Positions 41,487 through 53,481 of a stretch of DNA of 64,000 nt are shown here, piece after piece (position 1 is the stretch's first letter; each line of letters begins with the position of its first letter). This DNA comes from Lytechinus pictus (lineage: Eukaryota). Both the position numbers and the translations under genes were made by a program. The stretch covers positions 3,472,001 to 3,536,000 of the forward strand of contig NC_087257.1 in the NCBI RefSeq assembly GCF_037042905.1. Direction: 5' to 3'. The notes beneath the pieces are model-generated. The model saw only the letters and a list, made by a program, of their open reading frames with translations, was not told where the DNA came from and made no database searches.

Positions 41487-43200
41487 AGGGAGAGAGAAAG
41501 CTAGAGAATAAATAACCCTTTCTAAATTCACATAGGTTATCAGGCTCTGCTCCTTGGAGGCCAATAAACCTTTCTATCTTCCTGCTATATTTCTTTCATG
41601 CTCCCAATTAATGTTTGAAGAATCCACGACTCTAAAAGAGGGCTCTGCTGTGGTATGAATAACTCGCACATTGGCGAGCTCCATTACAGCCAAACAATTA
41701 TCTTGCTCAACATTTATCCATAGGCTGGCTGGCAGGAGCTATTGCATGACGCGTGCCTTTCGCTCCGTATTCTCCCCAATCGCCCATTTGCAAGTTAAAG
41801 ACGAGCAGGATTTTCCGATCAGGCAGAAAATTTTGCTGGATTCGCTTGTCTGATTAGAAATTAAATCCTAGTAGAATTCTTGCCTGCATGCAGATCGAAT
41901 TCTTCTTGATCGAATCGATGGGCAAATTTGAAATTAGGCTATTTTCAATCTGATTTCTGATACAAAGTGATTGTATGTGTGTGTGTGTGTAGTCCCATTC
42001 ACAACCTTTTCTCTGTGTGGTTCAATGTCCACTTTTCTGTGCTCCCATACACACTTCTCTTTGCTGCACATTCCTGCATGGATATTTTTTGTACTTTTTA
42101 GATATCCAATGTTGTATCTATACATATCTTTATGAAAATGGACTGAATAATTTTCCTGTTCATTTTTCTTCAAAAAAAAGTTTTCGAAACACCAAACAAA
42201 ACTACACATGAATGCAACATGATCTTTAATCGGTCAAAAAGCAAGGGCAAGGCCGACCATCCGTGGCTAAGGCTTCGAAAGGTATCCGCCTGAGTTTTCA
42301 AGAAAGCACGCTTCGCCGCTGAAACTGAAGTCAGTCGGGAAGGTAGCATTACCCCCACCGCCTTTGCAGATGGTCTGAAATAAGACTCCCTGCATAGCTG
42401 ATCCGGGCATTCCCATGCATTTACAAGCATTTCTTGATGAACAGGCTTAGAAAGATTTAGGTTTGAAGAGGGACTGATTCCTGAAACTGCTTTTTTTTAA
42501 AGAGTTTCTTTGCAGTGGTTCATTACGTCACTTTGGAATAGTTAATGTAGATTTATAAAAACTCAATTTCCTTTGAAAAAGCACCCCCTTCCTAGATTTC
42601 ATGCAAATCATACAAACAATTTGAATGAAAATGTGAAATAGATTGACGTAGCAGAACAAAACGACACCATCTAAAAGTTTGAAACTACTTCCTTAAAAAG
42701 GAAACAGGGAATTAAGTGGCTAATGTAATATACTCACTTTTCCTTTCTTGAAAATGACAGATATTTTGTTTTTCTATTCAAGATATACAAAATGTGAAAA
42801 GAGTCTGCATGCAAGCCACTAGATCATTATTATTATAATGTTCCTCTTTTTTATACTTTTGAAAGACTCCTTCAACTCTCTATATATATCTCAAGAAATT
42901 AATTGGAGCTTATGTGATTTACGCATCTTACGTGGTGATATCAATGATATTTACATGGTATAAGAGTTATCAGAAAAGCAATGAATAATAATGATTTCAA
43001 AGAATAAAATACATAAAAAATACACATAATGTCTTGCATCATTCATTCACTTGTCATACACCTCTTATGATGTTAGTATCACTGTTTTGCAAGTCAGTAG
43101 GGAACTTTAAAATGTGGTAACTTTGCTAGCTTCAATCCATTTAGATGCGGTTTACTTCTTACTCCTTCTTTCCAATGTAAGTTTAATGTGTACCTGACAG

Positions 43201-43597
43201 GATTTGGCGTGTTCACATCACCTAAGCAACGTTATATTCTTCAATGGTGACTATAAAGTTGGAGTTGGAAAGCAGTTTATAAAAAGTTTTTAGTGATGAA
43301 TATCCTTTAATGTAAAAGGGTACCGGCAGGAAATAATTCCTCAAAAAGTTGTGAGCAACGAAATTAGTAGACTAGCTTAGCCAGGGTTATATAGGAGCGC
43401 CTTGAGCACCTAGCAAGGTGGATACGTGCGCTATATGAATGCTATTTTATTATTTATCTTTCCATCTTCTACAGGTGTGCTCACATCACCAAAGCAACAT
43501 TGAAGTTCTTGACTAGTTACTATGAGAGTTGAAGTTGGAAAGCAATTATGGAAAGCTTTTTAGTGATGAAGATCCTTTATCTTTCTATCTTCCACAG
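43201..43597 (+). pseudogene. Two decayed copies of the 5' part of exon C, separated by a SINE fragment
   Basis: gcgtgttcacatcacctaagcaacg at 43207 and cag|gtgtgctcacatcaccaaagcaacattgaagttc at 43475; shared spacer tttttagtgatgaa(t/g)atccttta. Confidence 0.93.
43310..43453 (+). mobile_element. 5'-truncated SINE inserted in the exon C echo array
   Basis: Similar to the reverse complement of 53200-53345 (ataggagcgccttgagcaccta.caaggtggata). Confidence 0.88.
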
Positions 43598-43739
43598 GCG
43601 TGTTCACATTACCAAAGCAACGTTGAAGTTTTTGAATGGTGATTATGAAGTCGAAGCTGGAAATGGCCAGGATAGGAACACTTATCTCCGGGATCACAAC
43701 ATTGATTCTTATCTTATTGTACCTAAAAATAACAGACCG
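43598..43739 (+). CDS. ADCY5: AC exon C (142 nt, end of C1a): [47 protein letters not shown]
   Basis: ccacag| acceptor, |gtaagt donor; phase compatible. Confidence 0.96.
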
Positions 43740-43874
43740 GTAAGTTGTAGCTTTCATATCTATTCATCACATTTTGAATATATGATGAATTCAATTTTGC
43801 CAACCTTAAGGTATCACTATATAAGCATTGGACTAACAACAAGCGAATTCATAGTAAAATAAATAAGTGAATAA

Positions 43875-44145
43875 AAGATTAATAAATAAATAAATGAACA
43901 AGTTAAAAAATTGTTTAAAGAGATAAACAGATATGTAAGTGAATAGATTAAGCATATGTTTATAAATAGATTGTAAAAACAAATAATCAGTCAAGTATAT
44001 TGTTCAATAAATAAATAAATTAATAAGTAAATAAATAAATGCACAAGTTAATGAATGGGTAAAGAGATAATCGGATATGTAAGTGAATAGATTAAGCACA
44101 TGCTTATAAATAGATTCTAGAAACAATAATCAGTTAAGTATATTG
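43875..44145. repeat. ~145-bp tandem duplication
   Basis: aaagagataa..gatatgtaagtgaatagattaagca occurs twice. Confidence 0.85.
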
Positions 44146-44990
44146 GAAAGAAAAATTAATAATCCAGAAATAATTACTGAATATCAAAATTATATATAAA
44201 GGTTTGAAAAAATATTACCTAAGCCATCATAGTAATTAAAAGTTTTATATTCCTCATTTATTTTGAGAAATATTTGTTATCAAAGTTCCTAACTACTACA
44301 AAATGTAATGTGGTAGGCCCATTTTGAGCATACTTTAATTAAAGGGTATCTCTTTTTTTACTGACATGGCTTGTCCTGGTGGAAGCATTAAAAACTAGAC
44401 TTATAATTTGGTCTCTGGGGACTAATTCTTTGTCTGCTTTGTTCGACTAGAGTCACATACAGCAGACTGCCAAGTTCGACTCAAGTTACAATCTATATCA
44501 CAATATGGACTCAGCATAACCGAAATGTGTTTTTTATTTTTTTTTATGTTACATTAAAAACATAAGTAAAGCAAATACATACAAAATTTACAAGTAAAAA
44601 ATCGGAAGGGCCCCAAGAAAAGCATAGCTTGTGAGTATGGGGTCCTGTACAAAATAGCAAAAAGACAAATTTTAACAAAAAATTGAAATTTAATAAAAAT
44701 GAAGAACATACCTCATACATACACAAGCACACTATTACATCAACATACACCCCATGCAGAACATTGCAAAAGAATGGAGAGCAAGAAAAGGAAGGGAGAG
44801 ATAGCAAAAGAGAGAGAGAGAAAAAAAAGGATAGAAAATGAAAAGAAACAGAGAAAGAGAGAGTGGGGAGAAGGAAAGAAATGATAACCAAACAGAGCTA
44901 GGAAGTTTCACACGATTTCAGCTCACTTTGTATGATTTTGATTTCTGTGATATTCCTCCCATTTGCTCTTGACAAGTCCACTTGATGAAC

Positions 44991-45181
44991 ATATGGGCAT
45001 TTTCACGTCACAATTTTACACACTTTTCCTTGTGTGTATGATTATCTCTAAAACAACAAATGATGGGAGTTTGCTTAAAAGAAAACTCCCATCATTTATT
45101 GTTTTAGAGATAATCATACACACAATGAAAAGTGTGTAAAATTGTGACGTGTAACGTCAGTTACCGTGAAAATGCCCATAT
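44991..45181. mobile_element. Near-perfect palindromic MITE
   Basis: atatgggcattttcacg ... cgtgaaaatgcccatat, arms complementary up to a short loop at ~45080-45092. Confidence 0.88.
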
Positions 45182-45285
45182 AAGGAGAGTCTATAGTCAG
45201 CTCCATTTTTTAATTTCATCATACAAGTAGTCTATCACAAGGTAAGTTATCTTGAGGTTTGCGTCGTTTGCTTTTTGATTGACAG

Positions 45286-45479
45286 AGCGCTCTCCAATCA
45301 CCTATTACTACCAACGGCGAACATAGAGGGCGGTCTTCATCGGTGGTGCAGCTTCAGAGCTGGGGAGCAGAGAAGCCATTCTCTACCATCATGCCTGGCA
45401 AGGAATCCAAGGAGATGAGGCGGCTGGGTTACTCGGAGAAGACCGGCAAATCCGGAATGAACAAAAACATTGAAAATAG
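45286..45479 (+). CDS. ADCY5: AC exon D (194 nt, C1b): SALQSPITTNGEHRGRSSSVVQLQSWGAEKPFSTIMPGKESKEMRRLGYSEKTGKSGMNKNIENR
   Basis: Not in the ORF track; gacag| acceptor, AG|gtgaga donor; WGAEKPF and SKEMRRLG motifs; phases fit both neighbours. Confidence 0.9.
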
Positions 45480-46589
45480 GTGAGATAGAATCTCCATTTT
45501 TACACGATATGGAAATTAAAGAACGCCAGATTCAATGAATTTCACTGAAAACACAATTTTCTGCCTGAAAATCTTAAATTATAAAAAATAAAGTGAAAGA
45601 TCATGAAAATCAAAGCAAAATGCATCACAAAAGGTATTTTAATTTAAAATTTTACTTTTTCTGTAACAGTAACAAGTTGTATATTTTCTTGTTAGTCAAA
45701 TAATGCTCAGAGCATCAATATTCACATAAAAAACATTTCAGTCTTTTAATAATTTCATGTTCTAATTGTTTTTATCATTAAAGTTTATTAAACAGATGAA
45801 ACTTCAAGGTGTAAGAATTTGCAGTAGTTGTCTTCTTTTTCTTCCCTTTTCTTCTCATCTTCCCTTTTTATTTCGTCCTTTTCCTCAATCTCCTTATTAT
45901 TCATTTTTCTTCTTTATCTTATTCTTCTCTCTATTTTTATTCATGCCTCCTCATCCACTGGATGACTTCAATCAATATCACCTTTATGTATCCATATTTT
46001 CCATAGTACCTCAACATTCCAATCATTATCATACATATCATTCGCTACATATTGCCTCCTCACCGCGTTTCAAGCAGGTGCAGATACGTGCATCACCCTA
46101 GGTGTCGGACCACGTACCAGCCCCTAGCTCCATCCCTGTCCCACTTTCTCAAGTAATTAACTTGATTGCCTCCCTCCCTCTGTACCCCCATGAAACAATG
46201 AGGGTAGAGTGAAGACAACTAGGCTAATCTTGTTTCATGTCTCAAGGCATTAGCGGTCTTTAACTCGCTGCCCTGTAGGCCTTATCTATCCTTATATTTC
46301 TACCTCATCAGTGTCGGGAATACCACTAGAGGTTCAATGCCAGTCGGTCTACACCCGCTTCGTCTATTGTCTGTTGGTTTAAGCCGACATTACCTAATCC
46401 TAGACCCTGTTTCCATTACGCTTTCTAAAACTAGTTTACTGAAAACCGGTTCAGGAAACCAGTTTGGAAGATCGCTTTGCTAGAGTTCCCATTTGATCAC
46501 CTGAAAGTGGTTTTCAAAATCTTTTACGTCAAGCGATCTTGTTGCTATGGGAATGTTCTCAGTGGGGTGACTTCCATTGACGAGTGGCT

Positions 46590-47212
46590 ACCAGGCGCAA
46601 CTACAGGGTTTCGAAAAGCACCCTAAACAAGTATTTTCCATATTCTGAAAATGCACCCTTTTACAAGTATTGGTGTGTGAAACCGACCCTTAACTAATAT
46701 TGGAAACAAAACGGTACCCTTGACAAATATTCCCTGATTGACCCCCTAAACAATTACAGCAATATTTTAATTGTTATGTCATGGACGTCGGCTTTACCTT
46801 TACTTAAATTGGGTTTAGTACCACCCCACCTCCCACACCTAGCTTAAATCGTACTCTTAACTGCGTAGTGTTGGGGCAAAAAGTACATCCTTTATTAAGT
46901 ATTTTAGTCTGTTTTATACCTTCGTAAATTTGACCGTAAACACATAGCTTTCCTAGCAAAATATATACCCTTTTTCAGTAGTTTCGTGTTTTTTACACCC
47001 TTATGGTATGTAACGTGCCCAATCTTGAAAAATAGATCCTTTTTACACATTTCTTTGGTTGCACCTGGTATCGACTTGCCCAGCTAAAGCCGGGGTAATA
47101 ATAGCAGGGCCCGCTGGGAGAACAGTTTTCGGAACTGAAGCGGCTACCCTGGGTAAATATACCGCTATTATTATTATTATTATTATAATGGAAGTGCCCC
47201 CCCCCCCCTGGA
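46590..47212. mobile_element. Interspersed repeat (cacccta/accct motifs, ends gaagtgcccccccc) with a + strand SINE tail nested at ~47078-47188
   Basis: Motif repetition and (TTA)n tail; family unclassified. Confidence 0.55.
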
Positions 47213-47347
47213 GGATGATGAAAACCAATGGTTCTCTACATAATTTCAGAGGGGGGAAACAATGTAAATGTACTGGGTGTTTATGCATGTTTTAGTAAAT
47301 ATGAAAGTCACTCTTTTAATGGCCATTAATGACATTTTTTCACCCAG

Positions 47348-47504
47348 GTTGGGTCTTGATAAGAACCAGGAGAAGACTGACCCGGAGGAAGAGGTGAATG
47401 AATTCTTAGGTCGTGCCATCGATGCAAGGAGTATTGACAGGTTGAGATCAGAACATGTCCGCAGGCTCACGCTTACTTTCCTTAAAAAAGATCTGGAAGA
47501 AAAG
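47348..47504 (+). CDS. ADCY5: AC exon E (157 nt, C1b): [52 protein letters not shown]
   Basis: cccag| acceptor, |gtgcgt donor; AC5/6-type C1b motif. Confidence 0.95.
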
Positions 47505-48294
47505 GTGCGTGTAGTGATGACCTACTGTTATTTAACTACAGATTAACGTGTACTAACTTGAAAGAAGAGCTTCAGAAATATTTTAGTTTTAGTTTCTAAT
47601 GCTACACCGCGATTAGGTAACCACGATGATAAAGTGACTTTCCAGAGTATAATGTTCCACTGATTTATGAAGAGCTCCTTCTCAATGTGTTGTTGTTTTT
47701 TTAATACTTTTGTGAAAGTAAATTTTAGTACCAGATAAAGTCACTGCTTATCATGACATATGGCCTTATTCTTTTTCCCCATAGTCTATTTATGCCACCT
47801 TATTTTATCTAAACAAACATTTTTCTGTCATTAAAAATCATTATTTTGATTTCGTAAAATACAATATTGCAGTTGTTGATGTTCCAGAGACATTTCACAA
47901 AGTTTTAAGTCAGGCTGAATATAACATTTAAAGTATAGTTGCATATGGTTTATAATGCATCACCGCATTGGTCAGATCATGCACAGAGGACCTGTGCTAC
48001 CGTGTATAAATCAATCATATAAGTTGGTCCTTAGGCATAAGTTTGAATCAGACTTTGTAAAGCAACCCCTCATATATCGGCAATCATCAAAGAAACATGT
48101 TCCAAGTTATTTATTTATTCAACATATTTATACAGGATTAAAAAGAAACGATCGATTCAGTAAGGCTCTGTTTCATTGATGTCCTGTTAAAGCACATATA
48201 TGCATACATCAAAATCATTTCCAGTTACAATGGCGATCTCAAAGTTGTGTAGCAGTATACTGATGAAATGATCTTTTATATTCCCATCATGCAG

Positions 48295-48392
48295 TATTCT
48301 AAGGTTCGTGACCCCATGTTCAGTTCTTACATGGTTTGTGCACTTCTCATCCTCATCGCCATATGCCTTGCACAGGTTGTTGCCTTCCCTAA
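48295..48392 (+). CDS. ADCY5: AC exon F (98 nt, TM7): YSKVRDPMFSSYMVCALLILIAICLAQVVAFPK
   Basis: tgcag| acceptor, |gtaagt donor; hydrophobic helix; in frame. Confidence 0.92.
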
Positions 48393-48895
48393 GTAAGTAT
48401 CATATGCCTTACACCATTGCATATGTCATTGACTTCCTAAGTATCATATTGCCTTTTACTATTGCCCAGGCATTCTCTACCAACTATCTTATCCTTAATA
48501 ATGATTTTGCCTTCCTATTGCCTTCCCGAAGTAACCATTATATGTACAAACAATCTTGCATATGCTGTTGTCCTTCTGTAATATATTCTTAAAGGTGATT
48601 TTTGCCCTATATCGATATCATGTATAATAATAATTATTATTATTTATTTATATAGCGCTTCATACATTGGTTTCTAAATGCTTAATTATTATTACCCCAG
48701 TCATAGGATCATAGGTCATATATCTTCCACATGTTTTTGCCTCCCCGAAGTATTAAAGCATCATTATCATAATTATGTTTTAATGTTGCATATGCAGTTG
48801 TCTTTCCTTTGTAGTTTATGTTTTGATAAGGATTTTGCCTTTAAATGTAACTATCATATGCCTTGAATCATAAGGCATATGACCTTGAAATGATC
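48393..48895 (+). repeat. Degenerate repeats of the exon F 3' end/donor region filling the intron
   Basis: 48715-48752 matches 48358-48395 at 30/38 ungapped; recurring ttgccttccc(t/g)aagta and tatcatatgcctt motifs. Confidence 0.75.
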
Positions 48896-48932
48896 ATATC
48901 ATAACTTAACTCGCTTTATCTTTCCCTTTCAG

Positions 48933-49017
48933 GACCTACCTTATGTTAGGTGTGTTTGTTGGTATAGTTGTCTTCTCATCTCTCACTTTGTACATAGTTC
49001 TTGCTGAGAAGTGTACG
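48933..49017 (+). CDS. ADCY5: AC exon G (85 nt, TM8): TYLMLGVFVGIVVFSSLTLYIVLAEKCT
   Basis: pyrimidine tract + cag|, |gtaagt donor; phase 2 start fits exon F. Confidence 0.9.
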
Positions 49018-49874
49018 GTAAGTCCAATTTTCATGTTTGAATACATGTTATATCACTCATCATCTCACTAATTTGATATTTAATAATTCTCACTAATTTC
49101 ACCTGTTGATTTTCTGTGACCCTCCACATACGCTGGTCCTTTACCTTTTTTCTATCATTTTCCTAGAAAGGCAAACACTTCATTTGAACTTTGTTAATGT
49201 TTGTTTTTTTCCTTTTATGCTTTTCTTTTTGTATGTTCTATTTTGTATCTCTTCTTTTTCTTTCTTTACTGGGCTAGAACTTTTAAGATCCAACAAATCT
49301 TTAATGCCAGTCCACACTCGAAGCCTGTTTTATACATTATTTACTGTATTATCATTTTTGTTACTTTGTTTTGTTCTTGTCATTATGTATTTCCTATTCA
49401 CCTGTATATATGTTATTTTTTTTCGAGTGAAATGAATGAATTGTATTGATATTTTCACAGACCAGTATGCCATGCTACTGTCTGATGCATGCATGCTGTT
49501 ATACAATTCACATAACACTGTTCCAACATGATGCATATCTGGAGAGAAACTTACAAAGCATCATTTGAAACAAGTTGAAACATATACGGCCAGGTGTCTG
49601 ATGGATGAATTTCTTTCGAAACGTTCCCCTTATGAAAAAAGTCATCGCACTCGATATCCCCGGCCTGATCCATCAATACATGATTCAAATTGACCCAAAT
49701 TGAGACCAAATTGCCAGCGAAATTGCAAATATCCTGAAGAATTTATTCCAATTTGAAGCTCGTCTCACCCACACTTGCAACGCATCACTCTCCCATCAGT
49801 CTGATTTTGAGATGGTGATGTGACATGGCTTATATAGACTGCCCTATGTATCTGTGCATCATTTTTCAGAAATA

Positions 49875-50640
49875 ATAATAATGATACTTTTCCAATAAGG
49901 CCCAAAGCACTTACAATGAAAATACTTAAAATAAATTATACAATGCTAAAACTATGAAACTATAAACAACGAAAGAGATGGGTTTTTAATGCCTTTTTGA
50001 AAATTTCTGTTGTTGGAGAATGTCTTACTATTAGAGGCAAATCATTCCAGTAATTTGAAGCTGACACGGTGAAAGATGTATCACCGGCTAATGTACGAGT
50101 TAATGAATATGTGAGACGAAGAGGGTCACCGGCCGATTTAAGTGCTCTAGTTGGTGTATACAGCATCAAACAGTTATTCAAATTCTCTGGAAAGCCTGTT
50201 TATTCAGTGCTTTGTTGACAAACAACAGTAATTTGAACATTATTGTCTGTTTCAAAGTAAGCCAGTGTAGTAGAATTAAGAGAGGCTTGGAAGGATGATC
50301 TCCAGAAACCTGTAAAATTAATCGTGCTGCTCAATTTTGTAGCTGTTGAATACGAATTAATTAGTTAGAGGGGCATGTAGAAAGAAGTTCATTGCAATAA
50401 TCGATACGAGACAGAACTAATAAACGAACAGCATTGTGACAGGCTGACTGGTCGAACCTTCTGATGCTAGAATGTTTCTTGAATAAAAAGTGACTGTGCT
50501 ACAGATATGAAAGATGTGGTACGACATTGACATGTGGGAATCAAATATAACACCAAGGTTTTGAATATATTTCAAAGTCCTCCCACTTTCCAATATAAAG
50601 AGAAATATCTGTAATGGTAAACAATCCTCAGATATCATTT
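49875..50640 (-). mobile_element. L2/CR1-type LINE 3' relic
   Basis: NLGVIFDSHMSMSYHI and YTPTRALKS...SFTVSASNYWNDLP...FKKALKTHLF. Confidence 0.9.
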
Positions 50641-50873
50641 GATGGACCTTCTGAAAACATTTGTACAGGCAATAGGAAATGTTTGCACCTTTTTGCTTGC
50701 AGTGTGAGACAATCATTTCAATTCTCCATTAATTTAAGCTCTATATAAGTAGGCTTATTAATAATATAGTAAACAGTTCTTGTATAGCACATATTACATT
50801 ATGTCTTTGATATCCTTGTGCATCTACTATTCCAATAGTTTTAATTTTTGATATATTTTCGTCTTGTTTTTAG

Positions 50874-50990
50874 GCCAATCCCAGTGGTTGCCAGACAGTA
50901 TCCAAGGTTGTTTTAGAAAGCAGAATATTAAGTTCAGTCTTAGCTGTTTGGACACTCTTTCTTATGTTTGCTGCTTCCTTTACAATTATG
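50874..50990 (+). CDS. ADCY5: AC exon H (117 nt, TM9): ANPSGCQTVSKVVLESRILSSVLAVWTLFLMFAASFTIM
   Basis: ttttag| acceptor, |gtaaga donor; 39 codons, phase 0. Confidence 0.9.
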
Positions 50991-51162
50991 GTAAGATTTT
51001 CTTTTATGAACTAGCAGCAATGAATAACATGATTGTAAAAATTCTGCTTTCATGGAAAATTTTGACACATGTTTTCCCTCTATGTTATAGTGTGTGTACA
51101 TGCATGCCCCTTGAAGGAGTAAGATGTTGTGACTGCATGACGTAAAATGATAGGCTTGTCTA

Positions 51163-51766
51163 CTAAAGGTCAAGTCCACCCCAAAAAAATGTTGATTTGA
51201 CTCAATAGAGAATAATCAAGCAAGCATAATGCTGAAAATTTCATCAAAATCGGATGCAAAATAAGAAAGTTATGACATTTTAAAGTTTCACTTATTTTTC
51301 ATAAAACAGTTATATGCACAATTTAGTCACTTGCAAATGACAGAGTTGATGATGTCCCTCACTCACTATTTCTTTTTTCTTTTTTTGAATTCAGCAATAT
51401 TTCAAGTTTTACAGATTTGACAATACGGACCAACTTGACTGAACCATAAAATGTTAAACAATGGTAATTCCACATGTTCAGGAAGAAATACACCATTGTT
51501 TCAAAGGACAATGAAAAGAAAATTAGAATATTTCTTTTTTCGTATAATAAAATACAAAAGAAATAGTGAGTGAGTGATGTCATCAGTCTCCTCTTTAGCA
51601 TTGCGACCAAGATGTGCATATAACTGTTCAATGAAATTAAGCAAAACTTTAAAATGTCATAACTCTCTTATTTTACATCCGATTGTGATGAAAGTGTCAG
51701 TGTTGTACTTGTTGGAATTTTCTCTTTTTATTCAAAACTTTTCTTTTGGTCGGGCTTGTCGTTTAA
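51163..51766. mobile_element. Kolobok-like MITE, same family as 8923-9497
   Basis: Extensive similarity; aggtcaagtccacccca terminus. Confidence 0.85.
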
Positions 51767-51969
51767 TTTTCACTAACTTAATTTACTTTGGTACCTTGTC
51801 AAAAGCCTGTGCTGTGTCTTTTAGCATAAATCCTGTTGTAACGGTACTATAATAATAATAATATCTAACATTTATATCGCACATATTAGTCAAAAGACTC
51901 TCTATGTGCTTTACAAAATATATTGAATTACTAAAATTATACATTAAACCTACTATATTGAACATTATA

Positions 51970-52635
51970 ATAATAATAATAATAATTCAATACTTACATA
52001 GCGCCTAACAAAATTTCTCTAAGCGCCTTACATGTACATCACAAAACCTAACTACATTATGAACATTATTTTAAAAATGAGTAAGTTTCAAGAATAGATA
52101 TGTATATGGAGAAGAATTGTGCAGTTCTAATATTTAAAGGTAGACAATTCTAGAGAACAGGGACAGACAGGGAAAGGGCTCTTTGACCCTATGAATTTGT
52201 ATTGGTGGAGGGGGCGGGTGATAAGATGTTGTGTGGATGTGATCTAAGGTTTCGTCATGGTTTATACGGTTCTATTAGTTCTGGGGCTTGCTGCAGAAAG
52301 AGTTGGGTTTAAACGCAAGTCAAACTATCAAGCGCAAGTCCCGAATACAGGTGCTTCATTGGCTGGAAATCGAGTTACGCAAGATTTTTTTAGTTGCGTT
52401 TGATCGCAACTCTTTCTGCAACGGGCCCCAGATATGTACTGTGGGGAGAGGCAATTCTGGGCTTTATAACAGAGGATGAGTATTATAGAGTATTCGTTTT
52501 TCCTTAGGAAACCAATGGAGCTTAAACAACGCAAAGAGAAATTGGGTCATGTGCGCGAGTGCCTGTTATAAGCCTTGCCGCTGTATTTTGGATTCTTTGT
52601 AGACGGTTCAGCTGGGTTTCATGGTAGCTTTCCTT
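51970..52635 (-). mobile_element. L2-type LINE 3' relic interrupted by a MITE (52281-52430)
   Basis: QLNRLQRIQNTAARLITG and ILILCYKA fragments; TAA tail. Confidence 0.85.
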
Positions 52636-53031
52636 TATCCTCCACTGTTTTGTCGATGATGGAGTGTGAAAATTGGTATTGAGAGGCCACTTAAAGGATT
52701 CCCATGCAAAAGACATTTCTTGTTTTTGATAACGCACCATACACTACAATTCTTATTAGCATCTATCCAGGTGGGTGTTTCAAAAATATTTGTTAAGTAT
52801 GACATAGACTCGCACTTAAATGCTGATGCGTACATGATATGTAACGTGTGATCTTATTAATTGATATGCAGTAGTGCGCTTCCTCATGGCACGATCTGAC
52901 CAATGCGGTCATGCCTTTTATACAGCACGCAAGTACGCTTTTACGTGCGACTCTAAATCATACTTAAATCTCTGTGAAACACCCCCAAAATGTGTGTACA
53001 GTGCTAAAGATAACCTATTCTTCTGTTACAG

Positions 53032-53196
53032 TTTGCTTATGACACGACGTCCGTTGATGAATGCGTCGCATACAAGCTTGACTTACCCAGTGCCGATGAT
53101 GTCAACGTCACCGATGTCATTGATTCCAATATCACCTTAGGGCAAGAAAATCATCCCGACTGCTGGCCAGATCAGCCTACGTGTCACTTCCCAATG
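53032..53196 (+). CDS. ADCY5: AC exon I (165 nt, extracellular loop with N-glycosylation sequons NVT, NIT): FAYDTTSVDEC...DCWPDQPTCHFPM
   Basis: ttacag| acceptor, |gtaata donor; Cys pattern ending in CxFP as in the AC5/6 loop. Confidence 0.9.
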
Positions 53197-53199
53197 GTA

Positions 53200-53481
53200 A
53201 TAATAATAATAATAATAATATAGGGTATTTGTATTGCGCACATATCCACCTTGTTAGGTGCTCAAGGCGCTCCTATATTACCCGGCTAAGCTAGGCGTTC
53301 ATAGCGCACACAGCTTTTTAAGGAATTACTTCCTACCGGTACCCATTTACCTCACCTGGGTTGAGTGCAGCACATTGTGGATCAGTTTCTTGCCGAAGGA
53401 AATTACGCCATGGCTGGGATTCGAACCCACGACCCTCTGTTTCAAAGTCCGAAGACTAATCCACTGGGCCACAACGCTCCA
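53200..53481 (-). mobile_element. tRNA-derived SINE, full length, best-preserved copy
   Basis: Minus-strand A box TGGCCCAGTGG, B box GGTTCGAATCC, (TTA)n tail. Confidence 0.93.

Noticed and set aside
49590-49630. Hammerhead-like ctgatgga...cgaaac
   Set aside because: Core is CTGATGG rather than CTGANGA, and I could not form convincing stems.
53405-53481. tRNA gene on the minus strand (also 5280-5351)
   Set aside because: A/B boxes continue into a SINE body and TTA tail present in several copies.
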